Source: Bacteroidales bacterium (GTDB lineage Bacteria; Bacteroidota; Bacteroidia; Bacteroidales; PUMT01). From it: DNA of 64,000 nucleotides. Shown here in pieces: positions 9,932-18,419 of the stretch. The notes under the pieces are model-generated. The model saw nothing but the letters and a program-made list of their open reading frames with translations, was not told the origin of the DNA and ran no database searches. Location: the NCBI GenBank assembly GCA_007123885.1, contig SLGC01000207.1, positions 1,852-65,851 on the forward strand, read 5' to 3'. Position numbers and translations under genes: made by a program. Each line of letters starts with the position of its first letter. Position 1 is the first letter of the stretch.

Positions 9932-10291
9932 TCACAAACCCGGGGTACTGGTTTGTTCGATCTTCTTTTTGCACTCCTCTACTGACTCACCAAGATTGAA
10001 AACCTGGTGCAATTGAAGCAGCTTAAACAACACCATTACATCAGGCTTGATATTACAGATGAAGAGAGTGCCGTTATTGTTTCTGGCCCTTTTCATAATG
10101 GAAAGCAGGGCACCGAATCCCGAACTGTCAATAAAATTTATGTTTTTCAGATCGAGAATAAGCCTGGCCCCGGGATCATCAAAATGCCGGCCGATCTCTG
10201 ACTTAGCCTCTTCAGAATTGATGGCATTAAGTTTTCCGGGCTGGTCAAATGAGCAGATTATTACACCATCAGAAAATTCCGATTTCACCAT
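9932..10291 (-). CDS. STAS domain protein (anti-sigma-factor antagonist type)
   Basis: The DLKNINFIDSSGFGALLSI motif carries the conserved DSSG phosphorylatable serine. Taking the ATG at 10291 (MVKSEF...) gives about 119 aa. The ORF-track start at 10318 would overlap the Hpt gene. Confidence 0.8.
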   Translation of the reverse strand: MVKSEFSDGVIICSFDQPGKLNAINSEEAKSEIGRHFDDPGARLILDLKNINFIDSSGFGALLSIMKRARNNNGTLFICNIKPDVMVLFKLLQLHQVFNLGESVEECKKKIEQTSTPGL

Positions 10292-10301
10292 GATTTTCTT
10301 T

Positions 10302-10652
10302 TTACAGGGTTTTGGCAAACTGGTTTAACTCTTCCATGGCATTATTGAATTGAATTTCTATACTGCGAATGAAAGAGGGATACAATTGGGTATCTTTTTC
10401 TTCTTTGGTCAGTAATTCCAGATCTTCAAGCTCACCACACAGCTGCTTCATTCCCATTATTGAGGCAGATGCCTTGGCCTTATGGCAAAGCTTTCCCAGA
10501 GCCATCCAATTTTTAATGTTGCAATATCCATGCATCAGGTTCACATATCCCGGCACCTCTGAATTGAAGATCTCTATCATCTCCATAAGCAGGTCCTTTT
10601 TTCCACCCGAAATTTCGTTAAGATATTGAAGGTCAACGTATCTGGTTTTCAT
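10302..10652 (-). CDS. Stand-alone Hpt (histidine phosphotransfer) domain protein
   Basis: 116 aa with four-helix-bundle-like composition. The putative phospho-His motif is LGKLCHKAKASASIMG (an H-x-x-K-[GA]-S type). Confidence 0.75.
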   Translation of the reverse strand: MKTRYVDLQYLNEISGGKKDLLMEMIEIFNSEVPGYVNLMHGYCNIKNWMALGKLCHKAKASASIMGMKQLCGELEDLELLTKEEKDTQLYPSFIRSIEIQFNNAMEELNQFAKTL

Positions 10653-10874
10653 ATCGAATGATTTGCCAGGTTTATTTTTAATTTCCGGCCTTCTTTTAAA
10701 TGATAAAAGTAATGAATTTCATAAACATAATGTTATTTGAATAATATCTTTCAGGATAATTATATGCTGAACTGTCTAAAATCATTATTTTTGTGATTGC
10801 TTTGATCTGGTATCAAATTTCAGGATTAACTGTTAACCACAATTCAGCGATCATAATTTAATTATATACTTTTT

Positions 10875-11984
10875 ATGAAGAATACTGTATTTACCGATTT
10901 TCATACAAAACTGGGCGCCAAAATGCAACCATTTGCAGGTTATTTTATGCCTGTTGAATACAGCGGCATAAATGATGAGCATTTGACTGTCCGCGAAAAG
11001 GTCGGAGTATTTGATGTTTCACATATGGGGGAATTCCGGGTTAAAGGGCCTGGGGCACCCGGGTTCCTGCAGCGTCTGACTACCAATGATATTTACAGGC
11101 TCGAAGACGGTATGGTGCAATATTCATGCTTTCCCAATGGAAATGGTGGTATTATTGATGATCTGCTGATTTACAGATTTGACCAGGAAACCTATATGAT
11201 GGTTGTCAATGCTGCAAATATTGAAAAGGATTGGAACTGGTGCGCCAAACATGCCCGGGAACATGGCCTTGAGGTAGGCACCGGTTTGTATAATGCATCG
11301 GATGACATTGCACTTCTGGCCGTACAGGGGCCTCATGCGATCAGGGTAATGGAAAAGTTAACCGAAGAGCCGATTGATGATCTGAATTTCTATAAGTTCC
11401 GGAACCTCAGTATCGCCGGCATAAAAAATGCGATATTATCAAATACCGGTTATACCGGATCCGGAGGGTTTGAGATATACGTGCCAAATGAAGACGGACC
11501 ATCATTATGGAATGCTGTTTTTGAAGCGGGCAGGGAATTCGGCATCAAGCCTGCAGGACTTGGTGCACGTGACACTCTCCGCCTTGAAATGGGATACTGC
11601 CTTTATGGTAACGATATTGATGAAACTACTTCTCCCATTGAGGCGGGACTTGGATGGATAGTGAAATTTACCGATAACAACAATTTTATAGACAGGGATT
11701 TGTTCTGGAAACAAAAAAAAGAAGGCACTGAAAGAAAGCTGGTCGGTTTCGTACTCAAGGAAAGGGGCATACCAAGGCTGCATTATGAAATAGCCGATAC
11801 TGAAGGAAACGTAATTGGAAATGTAACTTCAGGAACCATGTCTCCGATGATGAAAACAGGCATCGGAATGGGGTATGTAAAATCTGCTTTCGCCAAAGAG
11901 GGAACACCGGTCAATATCCTGATAAGGAATAAGCAGATCAGGGCCGAAGTAGTAAAGCCTCCAATTTACAGGAAAGGAAACTAA
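10875..11984 (+). CDS. gcvT: Glycine cleavage system aminomethyltransferase GcvT
   Basis: 369 aa. It matches the T-protein pattern end to end ([36 protein letters not shown]). Confidence 0.95.
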   Translation: MKNTVFTDFHTKLGAKMQPFAGYFMPVEYSGINDEHLTVREKVGVFDVSHMGEFRVKGPGAPGFLQRLTTNDIYRLEDGMVQYSCFPNGNGGIIDDLLIYRFDQETYMMVVNAANIEKDWNWCAKHAREHGLEVGTGLYNASDDIALLAVQGPHAIRVMEKLTEEPIDDLNFYKFRNLSIAGIKNAILSNTGYTGSGGFEIYVPNEDGPSLWNAVFEAGREFGIKPAGLGARDTLRLEMGYCLYGNDIDETTSPIEAGLGWIVKFTDNNNFIDRDLFWKQKKEGTERKLVGFVLKERGIPRLHYEIADTEGNVIGNVTSGTMSPMMKTGIGMGYVKSAFAKEGTPVNILIRNKQIRAEVVKPPIYRKGN

Positions 11985-12016
11985 ATTTAACGATTCGATT
12001 CCATATCAATTTTTTA

Positions 12017-12778
12017 ATGAGCAAGAAAAAGAAAAAGGTTGAAGTCTGCTATTCTCCCGCTCTTTATCCATATTACCGTAATGACAATTCTATAGTAGTA
12101 GTAGCCGATATATTAAGGGCAACTACTTCAATATGCGCCGCCTTTAAAAATGGGGCTAAGAGCCTTATCCCTGTTGCCGGGCTTGATGAAGCCAGAAAAT
12201 GGAAAGAAAAAGGATACCTGGTTGCCGCCGAGCGGGACGGACTGGTACTTGATTTTGCCGATTTTGGAAATTCTCCCTTTAATTTCAGCCCCTCAAGGGT
12301 TAAAGGTGCCACAATAGTTTACAGCACCACCAACGGCACACAGGCTATTAAAACGGCCTCCGGGGCAAAACATGTTGCCATAGGAGCTTTTATAAATTTA
12401 ACTGCTCTTTCCGGCTGGCTCATCTCTGAAGATGCAGATGTTGTTGTTCTCTGCGCCGGCTGGAAAAACAGGTATAATCTTGAAGACAGTGTATTTGCAG
12501 GTGCACTTGCAGCAAAGCTGACCGGTTCCGGCAACTTTTTTACCGATTGCGATGCAGCTTTGGCTGCAATCGAACTATGGAATATTGCACAAAATGATCT
12601 TTGCGGCTATATGGATAAAGCAGCTCACCGGCACAGGTTAAGGAAACTGGGACTTGATGATATCATGGAATATTGTCATACTCCTGACAGCACACAAGTG
12701 GTACCTGTATTAAAAGATCATCTGCTTGTTGATTACAACAAATATTTCGTGGAAGATAACAATTCGCAACAAACTTAA
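12017..12778 (+). CDS. 2-phosphosulfolactate phosphatase (ComB) family protein
   Basis: 253 aa. The VVVADILRATTSI motif near the N-terminus and the overall length match the ComB family. Confidence 0.75.
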   Translation: MSKKKKKVEVCYSPALYPYYRNDNSIVVVADILRATTSICAAFKNGAKSLIPVAGLDEARKWKEKGYLVAAERDGLVLDFADFGNSPFNFSPSRVKGATIVYSTTNGTQAIKTASGAKHVAIGAFINLTALSGWLISEDADVVVLCAGWKNRYNLEDSVFAGALAAKLTGSGNFFTDCDAALAAIELWNIAQNDLCGYMDKAAHRHRLRKLGLDDIMEYCHTPDSTQVVPVLKDHLLVDYNKYFVEDNNSQQT

Positions 12779-12856
12779 CCGGAGAATCACTTATCTAAAA
12801 AAATATTTGTTATTTGCAATACAATTACCAAAATTTAAACCAAATAAAATCTAAAA

Positions 12857-13930
12857 ATGAAGAAACATAATTTTAGCGCCGGTCCTTCTATCCTGGCACC
12901 AGTTGTTATTGAGAATACGGCGGCGGCTATACTTGACCTTAACGGTTCCGGATTGTCTGTAATGGAAGTGTCCCACAGGGGAAAGGATTTTATGGCAGTT
13001 ATGGATGAGACTGTAACCCTGTTCAAGCAGGTTCTTAACGTACCGCAGGAATACGAGGTGCTTTTTCTGGGAGGAGGTGCAAGCATGCAATTTTGTATGG
13101 TGCCATTTAATCTTTTAAATAAGAAAGCAGCCTACCTCGAAACCGGCAGCTGGGCAAAAAAAGCAATAAAAGAGGCAGGTTTTTTCGGTAAGGTCGATAT
13201 TGTTGCTTCATCAAAAGATAAAAATTTCAACTATATCCCCCGGGATTACACCATACCTTCAGATGCAGATTATTTTCATATTACAACCAATAACACAATT
13301 TTTGGCACTCAGATAACAGAGGATATAGAAAGTCCGGTTCCGCTTGTTGCCGATATGTCGTCCGACATATTCAGCCGGCCTATGGATGTCTCAAAATACG
13401 GGATTATTTACGGGGGGGCACAGAAAAATCTGGGTCCCGCGGGAGTCACCTTTGTTGTGATCCGTCCCGACATTCTGGGAAAGGTTGAACGTCAGATACC
13501 GTCAATGCTCGATTACAGGGTTCATTTAGAGAACGGTTCAATGTTCAATACCCCTCCGGTGGTTCCGATATTCGCAGTAAGGGAAACTCTAAAATGGTTA
13601 AAGGATCTTGGCGGAATTGAAAAGATCGGGGAGATAAACCTGAAAAAGGCCGGTATGTTGTACGATGCCATTGATAACAGCGAAATATTCACTGGAACTG
13701 CCCAAAAGGAATCCCGTTCATTGATGAACGTATGCTTCGTTATGAAAGACCGGTACAAGGACATGGAGGGGGAATTTATCTCATTTGCCCAGGAGAGGGG
13801 TATGGTTGGAATAAAGGGACACCGTTCGGTAGGCGGCTTCCGGGCTTCAATCTACAATGCGATGCCGGTCGAGAGTATCAGGGCTCTTATTGATGTTATG
13901 AAAGAATTCGAAGAATTAAAAGCAGTTTAA
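12857..13930 (+). CDS. serC: 3-phosphoserine/phosphohydroxythreonine aminotransferase SerC
   Basis: 357 aa with NFSAGPS at the N-terminus, a [16 protein letters not shown]-lysine region and a [15 protein letters not shown]-terminal motif. Confidence 0.95.
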   Translation: MKKHNFSAGPSILAPVVIENTAAAILDLNGSGLSVMEVSHRGKDFMAVMDETVTLFKQVLNVPQEYEVLFLGGGASMQFCMVPFNLLNKKAAYLETGSWAKKAIKEAGFFGKVDIVASSKDKNFNYIPRDYTIPSDADYFHITTNNTIFGTQITEDIESPVPLVADMSSDIFSRPMDVSKYGIIYGGAQKNLGPAGVTFVVIRPDILGKVERQIPSMLDYRVHLENGSMFNTPPVVPIFAVRETLKWLKDLGGIEKIGEINLKKAGMLYDAIDNSEIFTGTAQKESRSLMNVCFVMKDRYKDMEGEFISFAQERGMVGIKGHRSVGGFRASIYNAMPVESIRALIDVMKEFEELKAV

Positions 13931-14021
13931 ACAAACCTGAAACTTGACAATAAATCGGCCATGAGAACGGGAATGATAAGCATGATGTTCTATGTGACCT
14001 TAAACAAATAAACATAACTAC

Positions 14022-14945
14022 ATGAAAAAGATATTGATAGCAACCGAAAAACCATTTGCCAGGGCGGCAATAGAGGGAATTGCCCATGTAATCAATAGTT
14101 CAGGATACGAGATGAAACTCCTGGAGAAGTATAAAGATCCTCGCGAGCTGCGTGATGCTGCAGCTGATGCTGACGCAATGATAATCCGGAGCGACCTTGT
14201 GACAAAAGAGGTTATCGATGCCGCAGATAAACTAAAGATAGTCGTCCGGGCAGGCGCGGGCTTTGACAATGTCGACCTGACTGCTGCAAGTGAAAAGGGG
14301 ATTGTTGTGATGAATACCCCGGGACAAAATGCAAATGCAGTCGCTGAACTGGCTGTCGGGATGATGATCTATGTGGCACGTAATTTTTTTAATGGAACCC
14401 CGGGAACTGAATTACAGGGCAAAAGACTGGGTCTTCATGCCTGCGGAAATGTAGGCAGGCACATAGGAAGAATAGCTGTCGGATTCGGGATGGAGGTATA
14501 CGGATTCGATCCGTTCATAAAAAGGAGCGATCTTGATATAGAAAAAATAAAATGTGTTGATTCTATTGAAGAACTCTATAGTATTTGCCAGTATGTTACC
14601 CTGAATATACCGGCCAACAAGGATACACTCAAATCTATAAATTACCGTCTTCTTGAGAAAATGCCGCAGGATGCCACTCTGGTAAATACTGCCCGCAAGG
14701 AGATCATTGATGAGAATGACTTGCTGCGAATTTTCGGGGACAGGCCTGATTTTAAATATATAGCGGATATAGCACCTGACTGCAGCGGGGAAATAGCTGA
14801 GAATTTTCCCGGAAGGTACTTCTTTACTCCCAAAAAGATGGGAGCCCAGACGGCTGAAGCTAATATCAATGCAGGAATTGCTGCAGCACGGCAGATCGTT
14901 GATTTTTTTGAAAAGGATGTAAGGACCTTCCAGGTAAATGTATGA
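14022..14945 (+). CDS. serA: D-3-phosphoglycerate dehydrogenase (short form lacking an ACT domain) / D-2-hydroxyacid dehydrogenase
   Basis: 307 aa with an NAD-binding GxGxxG motif (GLHACGNVGRHIG) and D-isomer-specific dehydrogenase motifs. It lies immediately downstream of serC. Confidence 0.8.
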   Translation: MKKILIATEKPFARAAIEGIAHVINSSGYEMKLLEKYKDPRELRDAAADADAMIIRSDLVTKEVIDAADKLKIVVRAGAGFDNVDLTAASEKGIVVMNTPGQNANAVAELAVGMMIYVARNFFNGTPGTELQGKRLGLHACGNVGRHIGRIAVGFGMEVYGFDPFIKRSDLDIEKIKCVDSIEELYSICQYVTLNIPANKDTLKSINYRLLEKMPQDATLVNTARKEIIDENDLLRIFGDRPDFKYIADIAPDCSGEIAENFPGRYFFTPKKMGAQTAEANINAGIAAARQIVDFFEKDVRTFQVNV

Positions 14946-14989
14946 TCAATTGGGTAATGACCACTTTTATAATTCAATAAAACTAAAAA

Positions 14990-16237
14990 ATGGCAATATT
15001 GAAACCATTCAAAGGTTTGCGGCCTCCGGCCGGAATAGTCCGGGATCTTGCCTGCAGGCCCTATGATGTGTTAAACTCCGATGAAGCAAGAGAAGAAGCA
15101 GAGGATAATCCCTATTCACTGCTGCGTATAACAAAACCCGAAATAAATTGTCCTCCCGGCACCCATGAACACGATCCTTGTGTATATGATAATGCCAAAA
15201 GTAATTTTGAGGAATTTATGGCCAAAGGATGGCTGGTTCAGGACGAGGAGGAGCATCTTTACATTTATGCCCAGACAATGTACGGGAGAAGGCAGTACGG
15301 ATTGGTAGGATGTGCTGCCATTGAGGATTTCATGAATGAAAGGATCAAGGAACATGAGTTAACGAGAAAAGACAAGGAGGAGGACAGGATCAAACATGTA
15401 AAGATCACAAATGCCAATATTGAGCCGGTATTTTTCACGTACCGCTCATTACCGGAACTGGATAACCTTTTTATGGAATATGCTAAAAATAACCCTCCGG
15501 TTTATGACTTCACGGCTGCTGATGGTATAGGACACCATTTCTGGGTTATTGAAGATGCAGACCTTACGGCCAGGCTGGTCAGCCTGTTCGATAAGATCCC
15601 CTTTACCTATGTTGCCGATGGGCATCACCGGACGGCCGCCGCGGTAATGACAGGCAATGAAAAGAAGGCGCAAAATCCTCACCACACGGGCGATGAGGAA
15701 TATAACTTTTTCCTGGCCGTCCATTTTCCTGATAATCAATTGCGGATTATTGATTACAACCGGGTTGTGAAGGACCTTAACGGTCTTGATGAGGCGGAGT
15801 TCATCGCGAAGCTGGAAGGATCGTTTAAAATAGAAGAAAAGGGTAAGGATATTTATAAACCCGGCAGGATTCATAATTTTTCAATGTACCTGGGAGGAAA
15901 ATGGTATTCTCTTTCAGCGCGTGAGGAAACTTACGATGATGATGATCCTATTGGATGTCTTGATGTTACCGTTCTATCGGAAGAGGTGCTGGATAATATA
16001 CTTGGCATAAAAGATCTGAGGACAGATAAAAGGATCGACTTTGTAGGCGGGATAAGAGGGCTTGAAGAACTTAAAAAGAGGGTGGACAGCGGTGAGATGA
16101 AGGTGGCTTTTGCTCTTTACCCCGTTACCATGAAACAGCTTATGGATATAGCCGATACGGGAAATATAATGCCGCCCAAGACAACCTGGTTTGAACCCAA
16201 ACTTCGCAGCGGACTGGTTGTACATCTACTGGATTAA
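14990..16237 (+). CDS. DUF1015 domain-containing protein
   Basis: 415 aa. The N-terminus MAILKPFKGLRP and the internal ADGHHR motif are characteristic of DUF1015. Confidence 0.8.
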   Translation: MAILKPFKGLRPPAGIVRDLACRPYDVLNSDEAREEAEDNPYSLLRITKPEINCPPGTHEHDPCVYDNAKSNFEEFMAKGWLVQDEEEHLYIYAQTMYGRRQYGLVGCAAIEDFMNERIKEHELTRKDKEEDRIKHVKITNANIEPVFFTYRSLPELDNLFMEYAKNNPPVYDFTAADGIGHHFWVIEDADLTARLVSLFDKIPFTYVADGHHRTAAAVMTGNEKKAQNPHHTGDEEYNFFLAVHFPDNQLRIIDYNRVVKDLNGLDEAEFIAKLEGSFKIEEKGKDIYKPGRIHNFSMYLGGKWYSLSAREETYDDDDPIGCLDVTVLSEEVLDNILGIKDLRTDKRIDFVGGIRGLEELKKRVDSGEMKVAFALYPVTMKQLMDIADTGNIMPPKTTWFEPKLRSGLVVHLLD

Positions 16238-16482
16238 CGGTATTTTGCATCCCTCAGGTCAGGAACCGGCCGCCGGTCAGGACTGATGGCGGCCAGATAT
16301 GCACTTATTCCGGTATTGACAGGTGACGGCACCCATACCCCGCCTGCCGTTTAGATGCCTGGCAGGGAAGTGGTTTAGCCGAAGCACAAGAAAAGCAGAA
16401 TAAATGAAACGGATCTGTTGTATTAACGGTATTATTGATTAGGGACATGATGTAAAATAATGCCGGATAATCCGGTTGAGAT

Positions 16483-17148
16483 ATGGAAGCAGGAACAAAT
16501 CTGAATAAAATTTTGAAGGAACTCCCCACGGGGGTTAAAGTTGTTGCAGTTTCAAAAACAAGAACCCCTTCCGAGATACTTGACCTTTATACCTCCGGCC
16601 ACAGGATGATGGGAGAAAATAAGGTCCAGGAGCTGATGGAGAAGAAGGATAAACTTCCGGGAGATATTCAGTGGCATATGGTAGGGCATTTGCAATCCAA
16701 CAAGGTGAAATATATTGCCCCGTTTATATCCCTCATCCACTCTGTCGATTCGTTGAAAATAATCAGGACGGTAAACAAGGAGGCAAACAGGAACAATCGT
16801 GTTATTGACTGCCTCCTCCAGGTTCATATAGCCACGGAAGAGAGTAAATTCGGTTTTTCTGAAGAGGAGCTTCTTGAATTGCTAAGGAATTTCGAACCCG
16901 GCGATTATCCCGGCGTGCGCCTCAGGGGACTTATGGGGATGGCGACATTTACCGGCAATGAGGATCTGATAAGAAGAGAATTCAGAAACCTCGCCCGGAT
17001 TTTCCGGGAATTAAGAGAGAGCGGTCTTGTATCGGATGATTTTAACGAACTGTCGATGGGAATGTCGGGTGATTATGGGATCGCAGTGGAAGAGGGGAGT
17101 ACTATTGTGCGGATCGGAAGCCTGATCTTCGGGGAAAGAGACTATTAA
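16483..17148 (+). CDS. yggS: YggS family pyridoxal-phosphate homeostasis protein
   Basis: 221 aa with the PLP-lysine context VVAVSKT, a HMVGHLQSNK motif and a C-terminal SMGMSGDY..VRIGSLIFG. Confidence 0.9.
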   Translation: MEAGTNLNKILKELPTGVKVVAVSKTRTPSEILDLYTSGHRMMGENKVQELMEKKDKLPGDIQWHMVGHLQSNKVKYIAPFISLIHSVDSLKIIRTVNKEANRNNRVIDCLLQVHIATEESKFGFSEEELLELLRNFEPGDYPGVRLRGLMGMATFTGNEDLIRREFRNLARIFRELRESGLVSDDFNELSMGMSGDYGIAVEEGSTIVRIGSLIFGERDY

Positions 17149-17175
17149 TTAATAAATAATAAACTAATTTTTGTT

Positions 17176-18153
17176 ATGCCAGACCTGGGAGTTAATTATC
17201 TTGGATTAAAGTTAAAGAACCCGCTTATTGCCGGTAGTTCCGGATTGACCTCAAGCATTGACCGCATCAAATTACTGGAACAGGCCGGAGCCGGTGCAGT
17301 TGTTCTGAAATCACTGTTCGAGGAACAGATAAATTACGAAGCAGGATCTATGATACAGGATCAGGATTACCCGGAAGCAGAGGATTATATTAAAAACTAC
17401 ACAAAAGCTCATTCGGTCGATAACTACCTGGATCTTATTGCCGGGGTTAAAAAAAGTGTTGATATACCTGTTATCGCAAGCATTAACTGTATTTCTGCAA
17501 GTGACTGGACCGGGTTCTCACGCATGATAGAAGAGGCCGGTGCAGACGCGCTTGAACTCAATGTATTTTTCCTGCCTGTAGACAAGCAAATACCGTCGGT
17601 CGATTATGAGAATATATATTGTGACCTGGCAACCCGGATCTGTAAAACAATACGTATACCCGTATCAGTCAAACTTGGGAGCCATTTTACCAATGTGCTT
17701 GGGGTCATTGACCGCCTTTATGCACGGGGGGTAAAGGGGGTGGTGATGTTTAACAGGTTTTATGAGCCGGATATAGATATTGACACCCTGAGACTTACTT
17801 CGGCAGATATTTTCAGTACCGCTGCCGATCTGCGCCATGTACTCCGCTGGGTTGCCCTTGTACATGATAAGATACAAAAGGTAGATATTTCTGCATCTAC
17901 CGGCGTCCACTCATGGGAGGCTGTGGTCAAGCAATTACTTGCGGGAGCTAAAACAGTGCAGGTCTGTTCCATGCTGTACAGGAAGGGAACCGGTGAAATT
18001 GGGGGACTTATCCGGGGGCTTGAGGAGTGGATGAAGAATAAGGGTTATGATTCCATTGATCAGTTCCGGGGGAAAATGAGCTACAGGAGTATCACTGATC
18101 CTGCAGCCTATGAACGGGTGCAGTTTATGAAATATTTCTCCGGCGTTGACTAG
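17176..18153 (+). CDS. Dihydroorotate dehydrogenase-like protein (PyrD-family TIM barrel, function uncertain)
   Basis: 325 aa. The N-terminus has LKNPLIAGSSGLT, and TIM-barrel FMN-binding-like segments are present. A canonical class-1 active-site loop is not evident. Confidence 0.75.
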   Translation: MPDLGVNYLGLKLKNPLIAGSSGLTSSIDRIKLLEQAGAGAVVLKSLFEEQINYEAGSMIQDQDYPEAEDYIKNYTKAHSVDNYLDLIAGVKKSVDIPVIASINCISASDWTGFSRMIEEAGADALELNVFFLPVDKQIPSVDYENIYCDLATRICKTIRIPVSVKLGSHFTNVLGVIDRLYARGVKGVVMFNRFYEPDIDIDTLRLTSADIFSTAADLRHVLRWVALVHDKIQKVDISASTGVHSWEAVVKQLLAGAKTVQVCSMLYRKGTGEIGGLIRGLEEWMKNKGYDSIDQFRGKMSYRSITDPAAYERVQFMKYFSGVD

Positions 18154-18155
18154 GA

Positions 18156-18247
18156 ATCGCTAAAATCTGACTAACCACTTTTTTGCGCACATGCCTTTTG
18201 TGCAGAGCCCCGCCAGACATTACCGCTCCTGAAAGACCCGGGTTTTT
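18156..18247 (+). repeat. Structured intergenic repeat family, copy D (full-length, immediately after a stop codon)
   Basis: It aligns almost base-for-base with the reverse complement of 34762-34878. The shared sequence is cgctaaaatc[t/g]gacta[a/t]ccacttttttgcgcacatgcc...agccccgccag(g)acatt[a/g]ccgc...cgggttt. It ends in a T5 run. Confidence 0.85.
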
Positions 18248-18266
18248 AAAACTCTTACTGCAACAG

Positions 18267-18294
18267 AGAGCCGGACCCGTGGGGATCCGGCTCT
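18267..18294 (+). terminator. GC-rich hairpin downstream of repeat copy D
   Basis: Stem agagccgga/tccggctct with a 10-nt loop. The trailing T-run is weak (tt). Confidence 0.4.
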
Positions 18295-18419
18295 TTAAGG
18301 TGCGCCGGCCATTACCGCCAATGAACTGCATTTTGGCCGTCCTGATTATTTTGGCCGGGAATTGTACCGGCAGCCATATATACTCCGGGCGGGAAATGAG
18401 CTCTGTTTTAGCCGACCGG

